64,000 bases of DNA, taken from positions 496,001 through 560,000 of the forward strand of contig CM075993.1 of NCBI GenBank assembly GCA_038087875.1, in the 5' to 3' direction. This DNA is from Malacoraja senta. Taxonomy: Eukaryota. The position numbers were made by a program, and so were the translations under genes. The notes below the pieces were generated by a model. The model was not told where the DNA came from. It was given only the letters and a program-made list of their open reading frames with translations, and made no database searches. Below, in pieces: positions 1 to 11,221 of the stretch; position 1 is the stretch's first letter; the number at the start of each line of letters is the position of its first letter.

Positions 1-175
1 TCTGCTTCTATTGCCATCTGTTTCATCTCAATGTGGATATCTTGGCACATTGTTGTGAAGTGGAAACATAAGCTGTGAAAAAGAGTGAAGCAAAGTTCAT
101 TGGGCTGCTGCCCAGATGCTTGCACCTTCTGAGCAATGTCTCCCTGTACTTTTCCAATTGACTGGTTCTCAGTGT

Positions 176-622
176 TACATAGAAACATAGAAAATAGGTG
201 CAGGAGTAGGCCATTCGGCCCTTTGAGCCTGCACCGCCATTCAATATGATCATGGCTGATCATCCAACTCAGTATCCTGTACCTGCCTTCTCTCCATACC
301 CCCTGATCCCTTTAGCCACAAGGGCCACATCTAACTCCCTCTTAAATATAGCCAATGAACTGGCCTCAACTACCTTCTGTGGCAGAGAATTCCACAGATT
401 CACCACTCTCTGTGTGAAAAATGATTTTCTCATCTCGGTCCTAAAAGACTTCCCCCTATCCTTAAACTGTGACCCCTTGTTCTGGACTTCCCCAACATCG
501 GGAACAATCTTCCTGCATCTAGCCTGTCCAACCCCTTAAGAATCTTGTAAGTTTTTATAAGATCCCCCCTCAATCTTCTAAATTCTAGCGAGTACAAGCC
601 AAGTCTATCCAGTCTTTCTTCA
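176..622 (-). mobile_element. CR1 LINE 3' fragment (young subfamily)
   Basis: Antisense CR1 ORF2 C-terminus and 3' UTR ending in a (CTATGTTT)-type tail; nearly identical to 26996-27433. Confidence 0.88.
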
Positions 623-1468
623 TTGTGTTGTAGCTACCACCTGAACAGGTCAAGGATAATTACTCTGTCACTGACTGAAGCTATCGTTACCCATTCTAGT
701 GATCAGAAAACCTTGCCTGCAGGATGTGGCTTTCATTCATCCATTGCACATCACACTGAATTACTTGTGCTGGACAGGGCATCTGATGATTTGTATGTTA
801 CAAATCAGCCTCTACCCACCCCTCCCTTATCTCATTACTGTAACCTGCTATTTTGTTTTTTCTTGGGATACATCTGCAGTTCTCACAAGTTTCATACTCC
901 CAAAAGTTCCCTTTTTAAAACTGATATATAAATTAATAGGTCAAACCTGGAATTTGAGCACACCAAGCTACAATTTGTCAGTAGCCTCCTGGCTTGCCAA
1001 TCTATAATGAATTGAGATGTAGCAAGACAGATTACAAGCTTATTGTATTATAAAATGTGAATGTATGTAAACAGAGTAGGCGAAGATTTATCATTGTCTC
1101 GGCCCTCATTAGCACATCCAGTTTTGCCTTCAATGAAAACTTTGAACACTTGCTAATAATTAGTGGAAGGGAAGTTGTGTCCTGTTGCTGAGAGTCAGAG
1201 GCCACCAGCCAGTTAGAACAATCCCAGAGTAATAATCAGAGAGAGAGCGATGTGTCTGATTAAAGACTGGGCAGTCTGTGCGCCTGTTTCAGTACGGTCA
1301 ACTCATTTGCATAACTTTTCCATAAGACTGAGTTCTACTTTGTGTTTGGAGAAGAGTAATCATTATTTAAGAAAACCACAATGTTTTCCTTATGCTTTAC
1401 TTGTCAATGTTCTCATTTTTATTTGCCACCTGAGGAAATGTGAGTATTCAAACTATATTTATTAATAG

Positions 1469-1612
1469 ATTTCGAGGATAGAGAACATTAACCATCTGAC
1501 TGAACTCCGCGTGCTAAATCTTGCAGGGAACCTCATTGTTCATGCTGAAAATATGAATGGTCTTGACTCACTAACAGAACTCAATCTCCGACGTAATCAC
1601 ATAGAATCTGTG
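1469..1612 (+). CDS. LRRC49: LRRC49 coding exon (LRR region)
   Basis: tag|ATT...GTG|gtaagt; ISRIENINHLTELRVLNLAGNLIVHAENMNGLDSLTELNLRRNHIESV, SDS22-like LRRs. Confidence 0.93.
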
Positions 1613-2249
1613 GTAAGTGTTATCCATGGCCCATTCGTTGAGCTGATTCATGATACTTGTCATTGTGTTCAACAACCTCGCTGTAAAAGACTGTGTTTTG
1701 TGATTTTCTTTAATTGATGATTTTTTCCATGAAGATAAAGTTTCTGTTCCGGCATATTTGTTTTATCCATTGGTAAACCAAGCCTCCTCCTGCTGCTTCC
1801 TCTGCTGCTAAGTGTTCATGTTGTTGGAATATTATCTTTATCACGTCAGAGACACCAATTATGTTGCTATCCACCTTCGCTGTGATTAGTTTTATGGATG
1901 GGTTCCTGCCGTCGACTTATTCGCCACACCCCACCTGTTATCTTTCAAAATCTTTGTACTCCCTATTAAACCGGTTGCTGTTTTCAACCAGTCAAGTGCC
2001 TGACCAACCGACCATATCCGTTTTGCCACTGAAACCAGAGCAGCTGTACCAGTGTGCACTCCTCAGTAGGTCTCTGGCGTGGGACTGGAATCAGATGCCA
2101 TGTGCTGAGTCAGTCACGCTCATTAAACACAGTGGAGAAAACATTCATTCACATCGTAGGAACAACGGTAGTTTGATGCTGGTGTCGGTTACATTGAGCA
2201 ATATTCATGAGCTCTCTTCATCCCATTGATGAGCACCACGCCTTGCGCT

Positions 2250-2400
2250 GTGGCACAGCTGGTGGTCGTAGCTCCAGTCCTGCTTCTCTCTCGGACTATG
2301 GGGGTTTTCTCTGCGTGCACCAGGTTTCTCCCACACCCCATCGGCATAATTACTCCGATAAACTGGCGGTTTTCTTGTGTGAGTGCGTCCAGAATTACAG
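2250..2400 (+). mobile_element. Degenerate HE1/V-type tRNA-derived SINE
   Basis: TGGCACAGCTGGT head and a GGGTTTTCTC...GGTTTC-CCCACA central domain. Confidence 0.5.
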
Positions 2401-2619
2401 GTAATGGTCAACAAGTTCCTGTCACCGATGCTCTGCTTCCCTGCTGAGTGTTCCTTCAGTCTTTACAAGGGCAACCACTCCTAAAGTTCAAATTTTATAA
2501 ATTATTCTATCTGTAAAAAGCACGGAAAATGTTAAGTCTCATGAATAAACCGGCATGCTTTTAGGGTATGGGGAAAAAAATTAACATTCGCCTGGTGCTT
2601 AATGAGCCTGGAGACATGG

Positions 2620-2810
2620 AACTGCAGGTGCTGGTTTACAAACTCAGTAGGTCAGACAGCATCTGTGGAGAACATGGATAGGTGACGTTTCACAGAGTGC
2701 TGGAGTAACTGGGTCAGGCAGCATCTGTGGAGAACATGGATAGGTGACGTTTCACAGAATGCTGGAGTAACAGTGGGTCTGGCAGCATCTGTTGAGAACA
2801 TGGGTAGGTC
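2620..2810. repeat. About 63-bp tandem repeat (roughly 3 units) derived from the Penelope-like short element
   Basis: CAGCATCTGT-GAGAACATGG-TAGGT recurs at 2657, 2719 and 2783. Confidence 0.85.
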
Positions 2811-3704
2811 TCATCTGCCTGTACACCTGCAAATTATGCTCTCATTTGGCCACCAAACCTCCTTTGATTCCGTTGCCACTTAACTGCATGGAGAGGTGAT
2901 TTACAGCAGCTCATAAACCCCAATGCATTTAGGATATGGGAGGATGAAGCATGGGGTGAATGTGCAAACTTCTCACAGAGTAATGTGTAATGAATGCAAT
3001 GTACATATTTAAAGCAAACTGAAACCCCTCATTTATTCATTGGCTGAAGCATTAATCATGACTTCTGAATAAAGATTTGCTCATGCTGCATAATTCAGAC
3101 TGCTGATCTTGAAAAGGAATGTTAGCAGTTCACAAAATAAATGTTAGAATAGGAAGGATGAACAGTATGCAGCGGATACAGACTGTTGTAACAAATTATC
3201 CAGGCATTAGTAAGGAATCTCTAATATTATGCCCTTTTCCCACACTTCAGACACCTTGTCCCAGCTTTGCCGACATGGTGGTACATGAACATACAAGAAA
3301 CTGTAGGCGCTGAAATCTTGAGCAAAAAACAAAGTGCTGGAGGAACTCAGTGGGTCAGGCAGCATTTGGGGTCATGACTCTTCAGATTAGCCTTGGGTTG
3401 AAAGATTAACCAAAATTCTTTCTTTAACGGAAATCAATGTCTTTGCAGCCCCAGCATAAATACAGCTTCAGTACACCATGCTCCTAACTCAAGACTTGAC
3501 AAAGTATGAATGACTGGGTGATAACACAGACACCACCTTCTTTCATCAAAAAATCACTAGATAATACAGATAATATTAAATGAAAATATTAAACAACTGC
3601 AGATATTGCAAATCTGAAACAAAACAGAACACACTACGAAACTTGGCAAGTCAGGCAGCGTTTGTGGAAAGAGAAATAGTCAATGTTTTGGGTCTTCATC
3701 CAGA

Positions 3705-4445
3705 ACATAGAACCGTACCACACAAGAACGTACCTTTGGCCCACAATGTCCAGTCAAACATGATGCCAACAACAACTCTTATCTACCTGCACATGATCCA
3801 TATCCCTCCATTACCTGCATGTCCATAAGCCTCTCTAAAAGGTTCTGAAATGCCACTATGATATCTGCCTACATCACCATCTTTGGCAGTGTATTCCCGG
3901 CTCCCACCACTCTGTAAAAACAAAACTTGCCCCACACATCAGCTTTAAAGTTTGTCCCTCTTACCTTAAAGCCATGGTCCTTGACATTTTCATCTCCCCG
4001 CAAGCTCTGACATTCCAGATAAAACAATCCAACTTTGTCTGATCTCTGCTTCTAGTTAATATCCCTAATGCAGGCAGCATTTTGCCAAACCTCTTATGCA
4101 CCCTCCTCAAAGCCTCCACATCCCTTCTGTAATGGAGCGACCAGAACTGCACACATTACTCCAAATGCAGTTTAACCAAAGTCCCATAATGCTGCAATAG
4201 AAAGGAACTGCAGATGCTGGTTTATACCAAAGATAGACACAAAATGCTGGAGTAACTCAGCGGGTCAGGCAGCTTCTCTGAAGAAAATAGGTAGGTGACG
4301 TTACAGGTCATGATGCTGCAACATGACTTCATGACTTGTACTCAATGCCCTGACTGATCAAGGCAACTATACCATTTGCCTTCTTTACCACACTAATGGT
4401 GTTGCCACTTTCAGGGAGCTATGGACTTGAACCCTTTGATCCCTC
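3705..4445 (-). mobile_element. CR1 LINE fragment interrupted by a Penelope-derived short element (about 4198-4312)
   Basis: Antisense QFWSLHYRRDVEALRRVHKRF (CR1 ORF2); insert flanked by an ATGCTGCAA duplication. Confidence 0.8.
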
Positions 4446-5462
4446 TATACGGCAATGCTGTTAAAGGTGGAGGAACTCAGCGGGTTGAGCAGCATCTGTG
4501 AGGGGAAGGGAGAAAATGTTGGTGTTTCCAGTATGAAGAAGAGAGGGCGAGGAGTGTGACGGGCCAGTAGGTGATCGGTGGACCAAGGTGTAGTGAAGGA
4601 TCGCAGACAGATGAAGCCAGGTGGGGGAGGGGGAAAGGTGGAGACAGCTAATGGAAGGTGATAGATAATAAGGAAGGCAAAGGTTGCCACTGCTGGAATC
4701 GGGTCAGTAAGGAAGATGACAATGGGAACCATGAGGGGAGAGATGAGCCACCATATCCACATTTGCATATATCTGAACTTTTAAATGCTCAGTTGTTGCC
4801 TCCAGTTGCAGCTTTTCCGAGTGTTGGGGCTGTTCTGCCTCGTGCTGTCTCGCATCACAAGGTCTACCCAAAGCATCAGGGTTTTACACTCTCATGTCCA
4901 GACAGAAATCTCCATTTTGGTCTCTTCACAGTTTATTCGGTGTGGCTTTGAGTATGTAGTTCTTACTTTCTCTGTTTACTGTTAGACTGTCGGTATATTT
5001 TAGCCCATTTGGTGGCAGGTCCAGAATATTTGCATTTCACTTAAATTAAAAATCGTTACTGAACAGCTCCACTAATGTGACCGATGAATAAAAGGCTAAA
5101 AAATAACTTGTTTTAGTAGTCCTTTGGGGAACAGCCAAACTGTAAGGACATGCTGAGCAGAGTGAGAGTGGCAGGTTGAAGAGCCAGTCAGTGATGCTGT
5201 GCAGTGACTGCGCAGGCTTCTGCAACCGTCACTGAGACAGCAGCTTGGCCCTGCCCTGCCCGTGGCTGCAGCAACAGCATCCGAATGACAAATTCATCTG
5301 TCTGCTCTCCTGCAATGCTTGCCCATAACCAGGGGCTCAGTCGCTGTGAGCAAAACCTTTTGCCCAGGCTGCAGTAAATGGAAGTGCAAGAATGCTTCCG
5401 AAGGCTGCTGCGATGTTATGCACTGTCTTGCTGACAACTCCCTCTTTATCTTTCCGTCACAG

Positions 5463-5524
5463 AGAGATGCAGAGTCTTTACCTTGTCTCCAAAGATTTTT
5501 CCTCAGCTTTAACAACATATCCAG
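5463..5524 (+). CDS. LRRC49: LRRC49 coding exon
   Basis: cag|AGA...CCAG|gtaagg; RDAESLPCLQRFFLSFNNIS; 62 nt, ends in phase 2. Confidence 0.92.
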
Positions 5525-6846
5525 GTAAGGACTGCATCCTTTTATTATTAACGAGAAATGCTGGCAGTTCCTCAATGCCTCGATGCTCACCGTGTTAAAG
5601 GCCAGAGCCTTTGCTGACTGTTAGTTGCTGAATAATTGCATAGGCATTTAATCTATTCACCTTTGTGTTTGCTGCATTTTCGGTAATTAGTTTTTATGTT
5701 AAACTGAGACAAATTGAATAAAGCCAGTGATTTTATTTTCTGGCTTGGTTTTATTTCAGCACATTGCTGACTCGTGTACTCGACTGCATTTGTCAGTCTG
5801 AGCCTGATTGCTGCAGCCATTTAACAGTGTCTCAGTGAAGGGCACCCGTAGACCAGGAAGTGCAGCCAGCAAGCTCTGCACCTTCTGTCACAAGTTTAAT
5901 TATATACTACCTCATTTTCAACATTATTTAGTCTTGATAGTAAATAGTGATACAGCTTTTGCACTTTTAAAAGAAAATTATAAATGTTTATTAACTGGAA
6001 TGTGTGTAAATCAGATGGAGTTTATTATTCTGCAGAATATATTCCAATTCACTGTTGTAAGGTGTAGATATGTATTCATGATAAATCAACATGCATGCAC
6101 TGATATTAATACAGTAACATGGCATCTGAAAATGTTGGTTGTTTATTGTTAAGGTTCCTTGCACCCAAAATAACCAGAAAAAAACCATGAAGACTTTGGT
6201 TCCCAGTCACTGCCATCTCATGTTTTATAATTTTACTTCACAGACAACCTGTCTGTGATCAATACAATTACTAAATCCATTACCTGTTTGGGAAGAAACC
6301 TCAGGGAAGGCTCTGGACAAAGTTTACAAAGCCAGCCAAACTGAGGCGAGAAATTGATTCACATCAAGAAATTGCAATTTACTAACACTTATGTTAATAT
6401 TGAAGAAAACAGATTAAGGGTCAAAGCTGAGGAAAAATGTATTAAAATTATATATTTACAACTGCATTACAAAACATAGCTGCCCTGCCTTCATCAATGT
6501 CCTCTTAAAAAGGCAATCCAATTTGTAGACATGATATCTCACACTAAAAGCCTCGCTGACCATTCCTAATCAGGTCCTTTCTTTCCAATCGTATGTCAAT
6601 CCTGTCCCTTAAATCTGTGGTTCCAAATCACTCTTCTGCCAAGGGAACAAGTTCATTTGTGTTCACTCTGACTAGGCCTCAGCTCCAATCGAACCTCCTC
6701 GCAGTTCCACCCCTTCCTTTAGCAGTTTCTCTTCAAAATTATAATGTTTCAACATTGGCAGCATCCTTGTACATCTCAGCTGCACCCTTCATGCGATGTT
6801 TTGTCTGCAGTCGTTGACAGTTGTCTTACTATGACTTAAATAATGT

Positions 6847-6984
6847 GTAGGAAGGAACCGAAGATAGACACAAAATGCTGGAGTAACTCAGTGGGACAGG
6901 CAGCATCTTTGGATAGAAGGAATGGGTGACGTTTCGGGTCGAGACCATTCTTCAGGCCTGTCCCGCTGAGTAACTCCAGCATTT
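6847..6984. mobile_element. Penelope-derived fold-back short element with 17-bp TSD
   Basis: TATGACTTAAATAATGT at 6830-6846 and 6985-7001; internal inverted arms. Confidence 0.82.
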
Positions 6985-7632
6985 TATGACTTAAATAATG
7001 TTTGTGTGATTCAATGATCACCTCCCTGCGCTTGTGTTCTATATCAGGCAGTCCCATACGTCTACTTAGCTTCTTGTCCAACTTTGCATTGTCCTACGTG
7101 GAACTGCAGAGAACAATTTCACCAGATGGAATCCCATCTATCCAGCTCAGTTAAAATTGGGCAATGAATGCAGTGACACTCATATCTTGAGAATTAATTT
7201 GCAAACATTTGATCTTTGCATATTTTCTTAAACCTGTGGGAAGCAGCACTACCTGCTGCTCCACTTACTGCACCGTGGTTTTAATCAATTTAATGGATAC
7301 TCTATTGGATCCCACTGCAAGAAACTGATACTACTTCGGAAGTGAAAGATATTAGTTGTGAGGTGATTAAATTAAATATTCATTTTATCTTGATTTGCAA
7401 GCTGCCACAATAGACCAGAAATCAGGCTGAATTAATGCAAGAGATAGTTACCATAAACCTTCGGGATGGGAGTGCAGTCTGTGATATAGTTAGCAAAGCA
7501 GAGAATTCATCTTTGGTCATTTATGTTCAAGATCTTCAGAGATGGTTGTATCCATTAGTTATTTCTTATTTCTTAATTTTATTTAATACAGTTTCATTAG
7601 CCTCTTTAATTAAATGCTTTCATAAAACGCAG

Positions 7633-7780
7633 ATTTGAGAACATTGCTTGCCTGGCAGACTCTGTATCACTCTCGGAGGTCACCCTGGATGGCAATCCCA
7701 TAGCTCAGGAGTCATGGTACAAGCAAACACTTCTCCGACACATGGTGCAGCTCCGACAGTTGGACATGAAGAAAATCACA
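7633..7780 (+). CDS. LRRC49: LRRC49 coding exon (LRR cap)
   Basis: cag|A TTT...ACA|gtgagt; FENIACLADSVSLSEVTLDGNPIAQESWYKQTLLRHMVQLRQLDMKKIT. Confidence 0.93.
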
Positions 7781-7949
7781 GTGAGTCTCCAACGCTGGCC
7801 ACACTGGTGGGATGTGTGCCATAACTTCCAGCTCTGCCACTGTCCATCAGTCCAGTGGGCTGAGCAACAAGACACTCATGGAATGCTCTCTTATACTGAC
7901 CCACTGCTTCATCTCGTTAAGGAATATTTTTGAGACTTTGGGATTTACT

Positions 7950-8170
7950 AGTTCAAGTCAAAGTATCCTTTATTGTTATTCAGACCTTTCGGTCTGAACG
8001 AAATTTCGTGCCTTGCAGTCATACATATAATAAAAATAACAAAAACACACAATAAACACAAATTTAACATCCACCACAGTGAGTTCACCAGGCACCTCCT
8101 CACTGTGATGGAAGGCAAAAGTCTTAAAGTCTTTGTCTCTTCCCTCCTTGTTCTCTCTCTGCGCTGAGGT
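7950..8170 (-). mobile_element. 5'-truncated non-LTR retroelement 3' end (Rex/L2-type tail) with two hairpins
   Basis: Minus strand AATTTCG-hairpin-TAACAATAAA-(CTTGA) tail; homologous to 32181-32390. Confidence 0.65.
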
Positions 8171-8817
8171 GATCCAGGCCTCCGAAGTTGAATTGGGGAT
8201 TAGAATGATGATTGAAATGGAATTCGAAAACCAGTTGTGACATTGATAGAAATACAGTATAACAGCCAGTGGTACATGACAGACTCCAGGACTGTGGTGC
8301 ATTTGGAGTTTAATTTGATTAGGTGGATTTAGATTTCCAGATGACTGGGACTATTTCTAGGGATGTTGGGCCTGCGTAAGCTGAACCAGAAAGACCCAAT
8401 ATCCTCACAGGGAGGTTGGCTGGTACTGTTGGGAACAAGTCTGCATCTAATTTGGCAGGGAATGGGACATAGACCAGATATACAGTCTGGGGAAGGTGCA
8501 GTCAAATATAGGACAGCAAATCAACCCAGTAAAAGCACAGGCATAAGTGTGATGAGCCACTTGGGGGGAATGTGAGACTAAATGGAAGTTATTTTAATGA
8601 AGGCAGGTGAACGTAGTGTGTTTGTCAACTCATGGGAAGTTGATACTGTTGCTGTCACACTGACATGGTTACATGGAGAGCAGGGAGGGCACGGTACAGA
8701 ATCATCGGGCCTGATGGGAGGGTTGGGGAATAATGGTGGGATGTAAAAAATGGGATTTTAAGGAATCTATTACTTTGTTCAATAGAGAGGCAATTCACAC
8801 GTTTGATTTCCTCGCAG

Positions 8818-8901
8818 GAAGAGGAGAGGAGAATGGCATCGGTCATGGCCAGGAAAGAGGACGACAAGAAACGTGAAATCCACAAGCAGGCAATCTTGAA
8901 G
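8818..8901 (+). CDS. LRRC49: LRRC49 coding exon (coiled coil)
   Basis: cag|GAA...AAG|gtgcgg; EEERRMASVMARKEDDKKREIHKQAILK. Confidence 0.92.
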
Positions 8902-9635
8902 GTGCGGGCTCACTGCTGGAGTATTAGTTTCATATTCATTGCAAAAAGAATCCAATAGTCAATAATTGAAAACCAAATGTGAAATAATAACAGAACATTC
9001 GATGGCATGAATGGAAAGAGAAACAGTGTCGATTGCAGGAGGCCATTTACTTTCAGTCGTAGCCATTACACAGCCATAAACTAACCAAATAGAATCATAT
9101 TATATTATTTTGCAGTATATTTAAGATGTTTTTGGGTTCACAGCCACGACCTAAGGAGTAAAAAGTTAGTAAAAATATATATCTTTTAAAACAACACAAA
9201 TGGATAATTTATCAAAGCCAATCTCAAATTTAATTTAATGCAGTTTTACTGAAAAAAATAATGTTCGGTAAATAACTAATGGGAGTAGTATTGATGATGA
9301 GTGAATATCATTCCAGCAGAAACAGCTGCGTTCAAGGTTCAATGTCTGTGCCAAATCTCCTCTGCCACCACATGATCAGTATCCCTCAATTCTCTGTATG
9401 TTAGTATGCCTATTTAAAAGCCTTTTATATGTCACTAGTGCATCTGCCTCCACCACTATCACTGGCAGTGCGTTCAACATACAACAACCACCCACGTTGT
9501 AAAGTAAAATTGCTCCTCGCATTTCTTTTAAACTTTGTCCCTCTCACCTTAAAGCTATGTCCACTAGTTGACATGTCCACACTGGGAGAAAGGTTCTGAC
9601 TGTCTACCCTGTCTATGCCTCTTCTAATTTTCTAT

Positions 9636-9870
9636 AGATAGACACAGAAAGCTGGAGAAACTCAGCGGGACAGGCAGCATCTCCAGAGAGAAGGAATGGG
9701 TGACGTTTCAGGACGAGATCCTTCTTCAGACCTGAAGGGCTGAAGAAGGGTCACGACCCGAAACGTCACCCATTCCTTCTTTACAGAGATGCTGCCTGTC
9801 TTGCTGAGTTACTCCAGCTTTCTGTGCCTATCTTCGGTTTATACCAGCATCTGCAGTTTCTTCCTACACA
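9636..9870. mobile_element. Penelope-derived fold-back element with hammerhead-like cores and 11-bp TSD
   Basis: Inverted arms of about 95 bp (9636-9730 and 9740-9833); TSD TCTAATTTTCT at 9623-9633 and 9871-9881. Confidence 0.85.
9738..9770 (+). ncRNA. Putative minimal type I hammerhead ribozyme motif (Penelope type)
   Basis: CTGAAGA (9740-9746), A-GGGT-CACG-ACCC stem II, GAAA (9760-9763), palindromic ACGT in place of stem III, GTC cleavage triplet. Activity not demonstrated. Confidence 0.6.
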
Positions 9871-11045
9871 TCTAATTTTCTTTTCTTCTACAGCTCTCCC
9901 CTCAACCTCCAGCATTTCAGAAAATCAATCTATGTCTGTCCAACCTCTCCTTGTAGCTAATACCCCCTAATCCAAGCAGTCTTCTCGTAAACCTCTGCAC
10001 CCTCTCCAAAGCCTCCACATTCTTCCTTTATTGCGGTGACCAGACGGCACGCAATACTCCAAATGCGGCCTAGCCCAAGTCTTATAGCACTGCGGCGTTA
10101 CTTCTTGACCCTTATACTTAATCCCCTGACCAATGAAGGAAGGCAAGCATACCCTGCACATTCTGACCCATGAGGACCTCTGCCATTTCTCATATTCCTA
10201 TTTTTAATTTCCCAGTCTTCTCCTCGCAGGGACTAATATTTGCTTCAGCTTGAACTTTGCTTATATATTGCTTATACTTACATCAATTCTCTTTTTACAT
10301 TACGTAGGTTTTCTCTCATACTTTATCTTTTCATTCTTTATAACTCTCTTGGTTATCCTTTGCTGATTCCTAAAAACTTCCCATTCTCTGGCCTAAAGTT
10401 AATATTTGCAACGTTGTATGCCTTTTTCAATTTGTACCATTGTTGAATTCCTTAATTAGCGATTGATAGTGAATCCTTCTGACAGTGTTTATGTTTCTCT
10501 GGAATATATCTTTGGTGAAGTTATACAATATCTTTATAAATTTCTTCCATCGCTATTCTTTGGTTTTGCTCATTAATCTATTTTTCCTGTCCACTTTAGC
10601 CATCTCCGCCTCATACCATTGCAATTGCTTTATGTTTATGACACTGTTTTCAGGCCCTTTTTCATTCTCATCTGAATGTGAAATTTCACCATATCAAGAT
10701 CACTCTATCCATGGAGATCTTTATTATTAAAATAATTAATTAATCCTGCCTCATTATACATTACCAGACTTATCCACTGCCACCCATTTATCTGTGCCAC
10801 CTTCCTATTTATGTACTCATCAGCACAATCACTAGAGCTGTCCTGGTCTGTCACTGCCTTTCGTCTCCATACAACCTGCCTGAAGAACCACTGTAACTTT
10901 CCCTTTCCTCATCTCACCAACCAGTCCCCACCCCACCGCTCTACGTAGATAGATGGGTGTAAACTCGTGCATTGCTTTCAGATTTTGTCATTCATTGATA
11001 ATCTTGCCTAAACTGTAAGCCCTAACAGTCTGCTCCCGGTCGCAG

Positions 11046-11221
11046 GAGAAGCGACGCTTGGCTATTAGTAACGCTGCCAGACAGTGGGAGATGCAGCAAA
11101 CGTTCGCCACAGACAAGGAGGCACAGCAAGCATACTCTCTCTGCACAGTCAGTAGCAACAATATTCACAAGCCCTGCCACCTCACCCAGTCTGAGCAGGA
11201 ACTGTGGTCCCGAGAATCAAG
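11046..11221 (+). CDS. LRRC49: LRRC49 coding exon
   Basis: cag|GAG...TCAAG|gtactt; EKRRLAISNAARQWEMQQ...WSRES; 176 nt, phase matches the next exon. Confidence 0.88.

Larger units (their letters stand above)
9330..10160 (-). mobile_element. CR1 LINE fragment containing a nested fold-back element
   Basis: Antisense GIKYKGQEV...RPHLEYCV (CR1 ORF2) plus 3' UTR. Confidence 0.8.

Noticed and set aside
1240-1345. Possible conserved enhancer with octamer ATTTGCAT (1305-1312)
   Set aside because: A single 8-mer is expected by chance in 64 kb; conservation cannot be assessed without alignments.
2620-2810. CRISPR-like array (also considered for 57547-57663)
   Set aside because: Vertebrate DNA, no unique spacers and no cas genes; units are transposon-derived or simple repeats.
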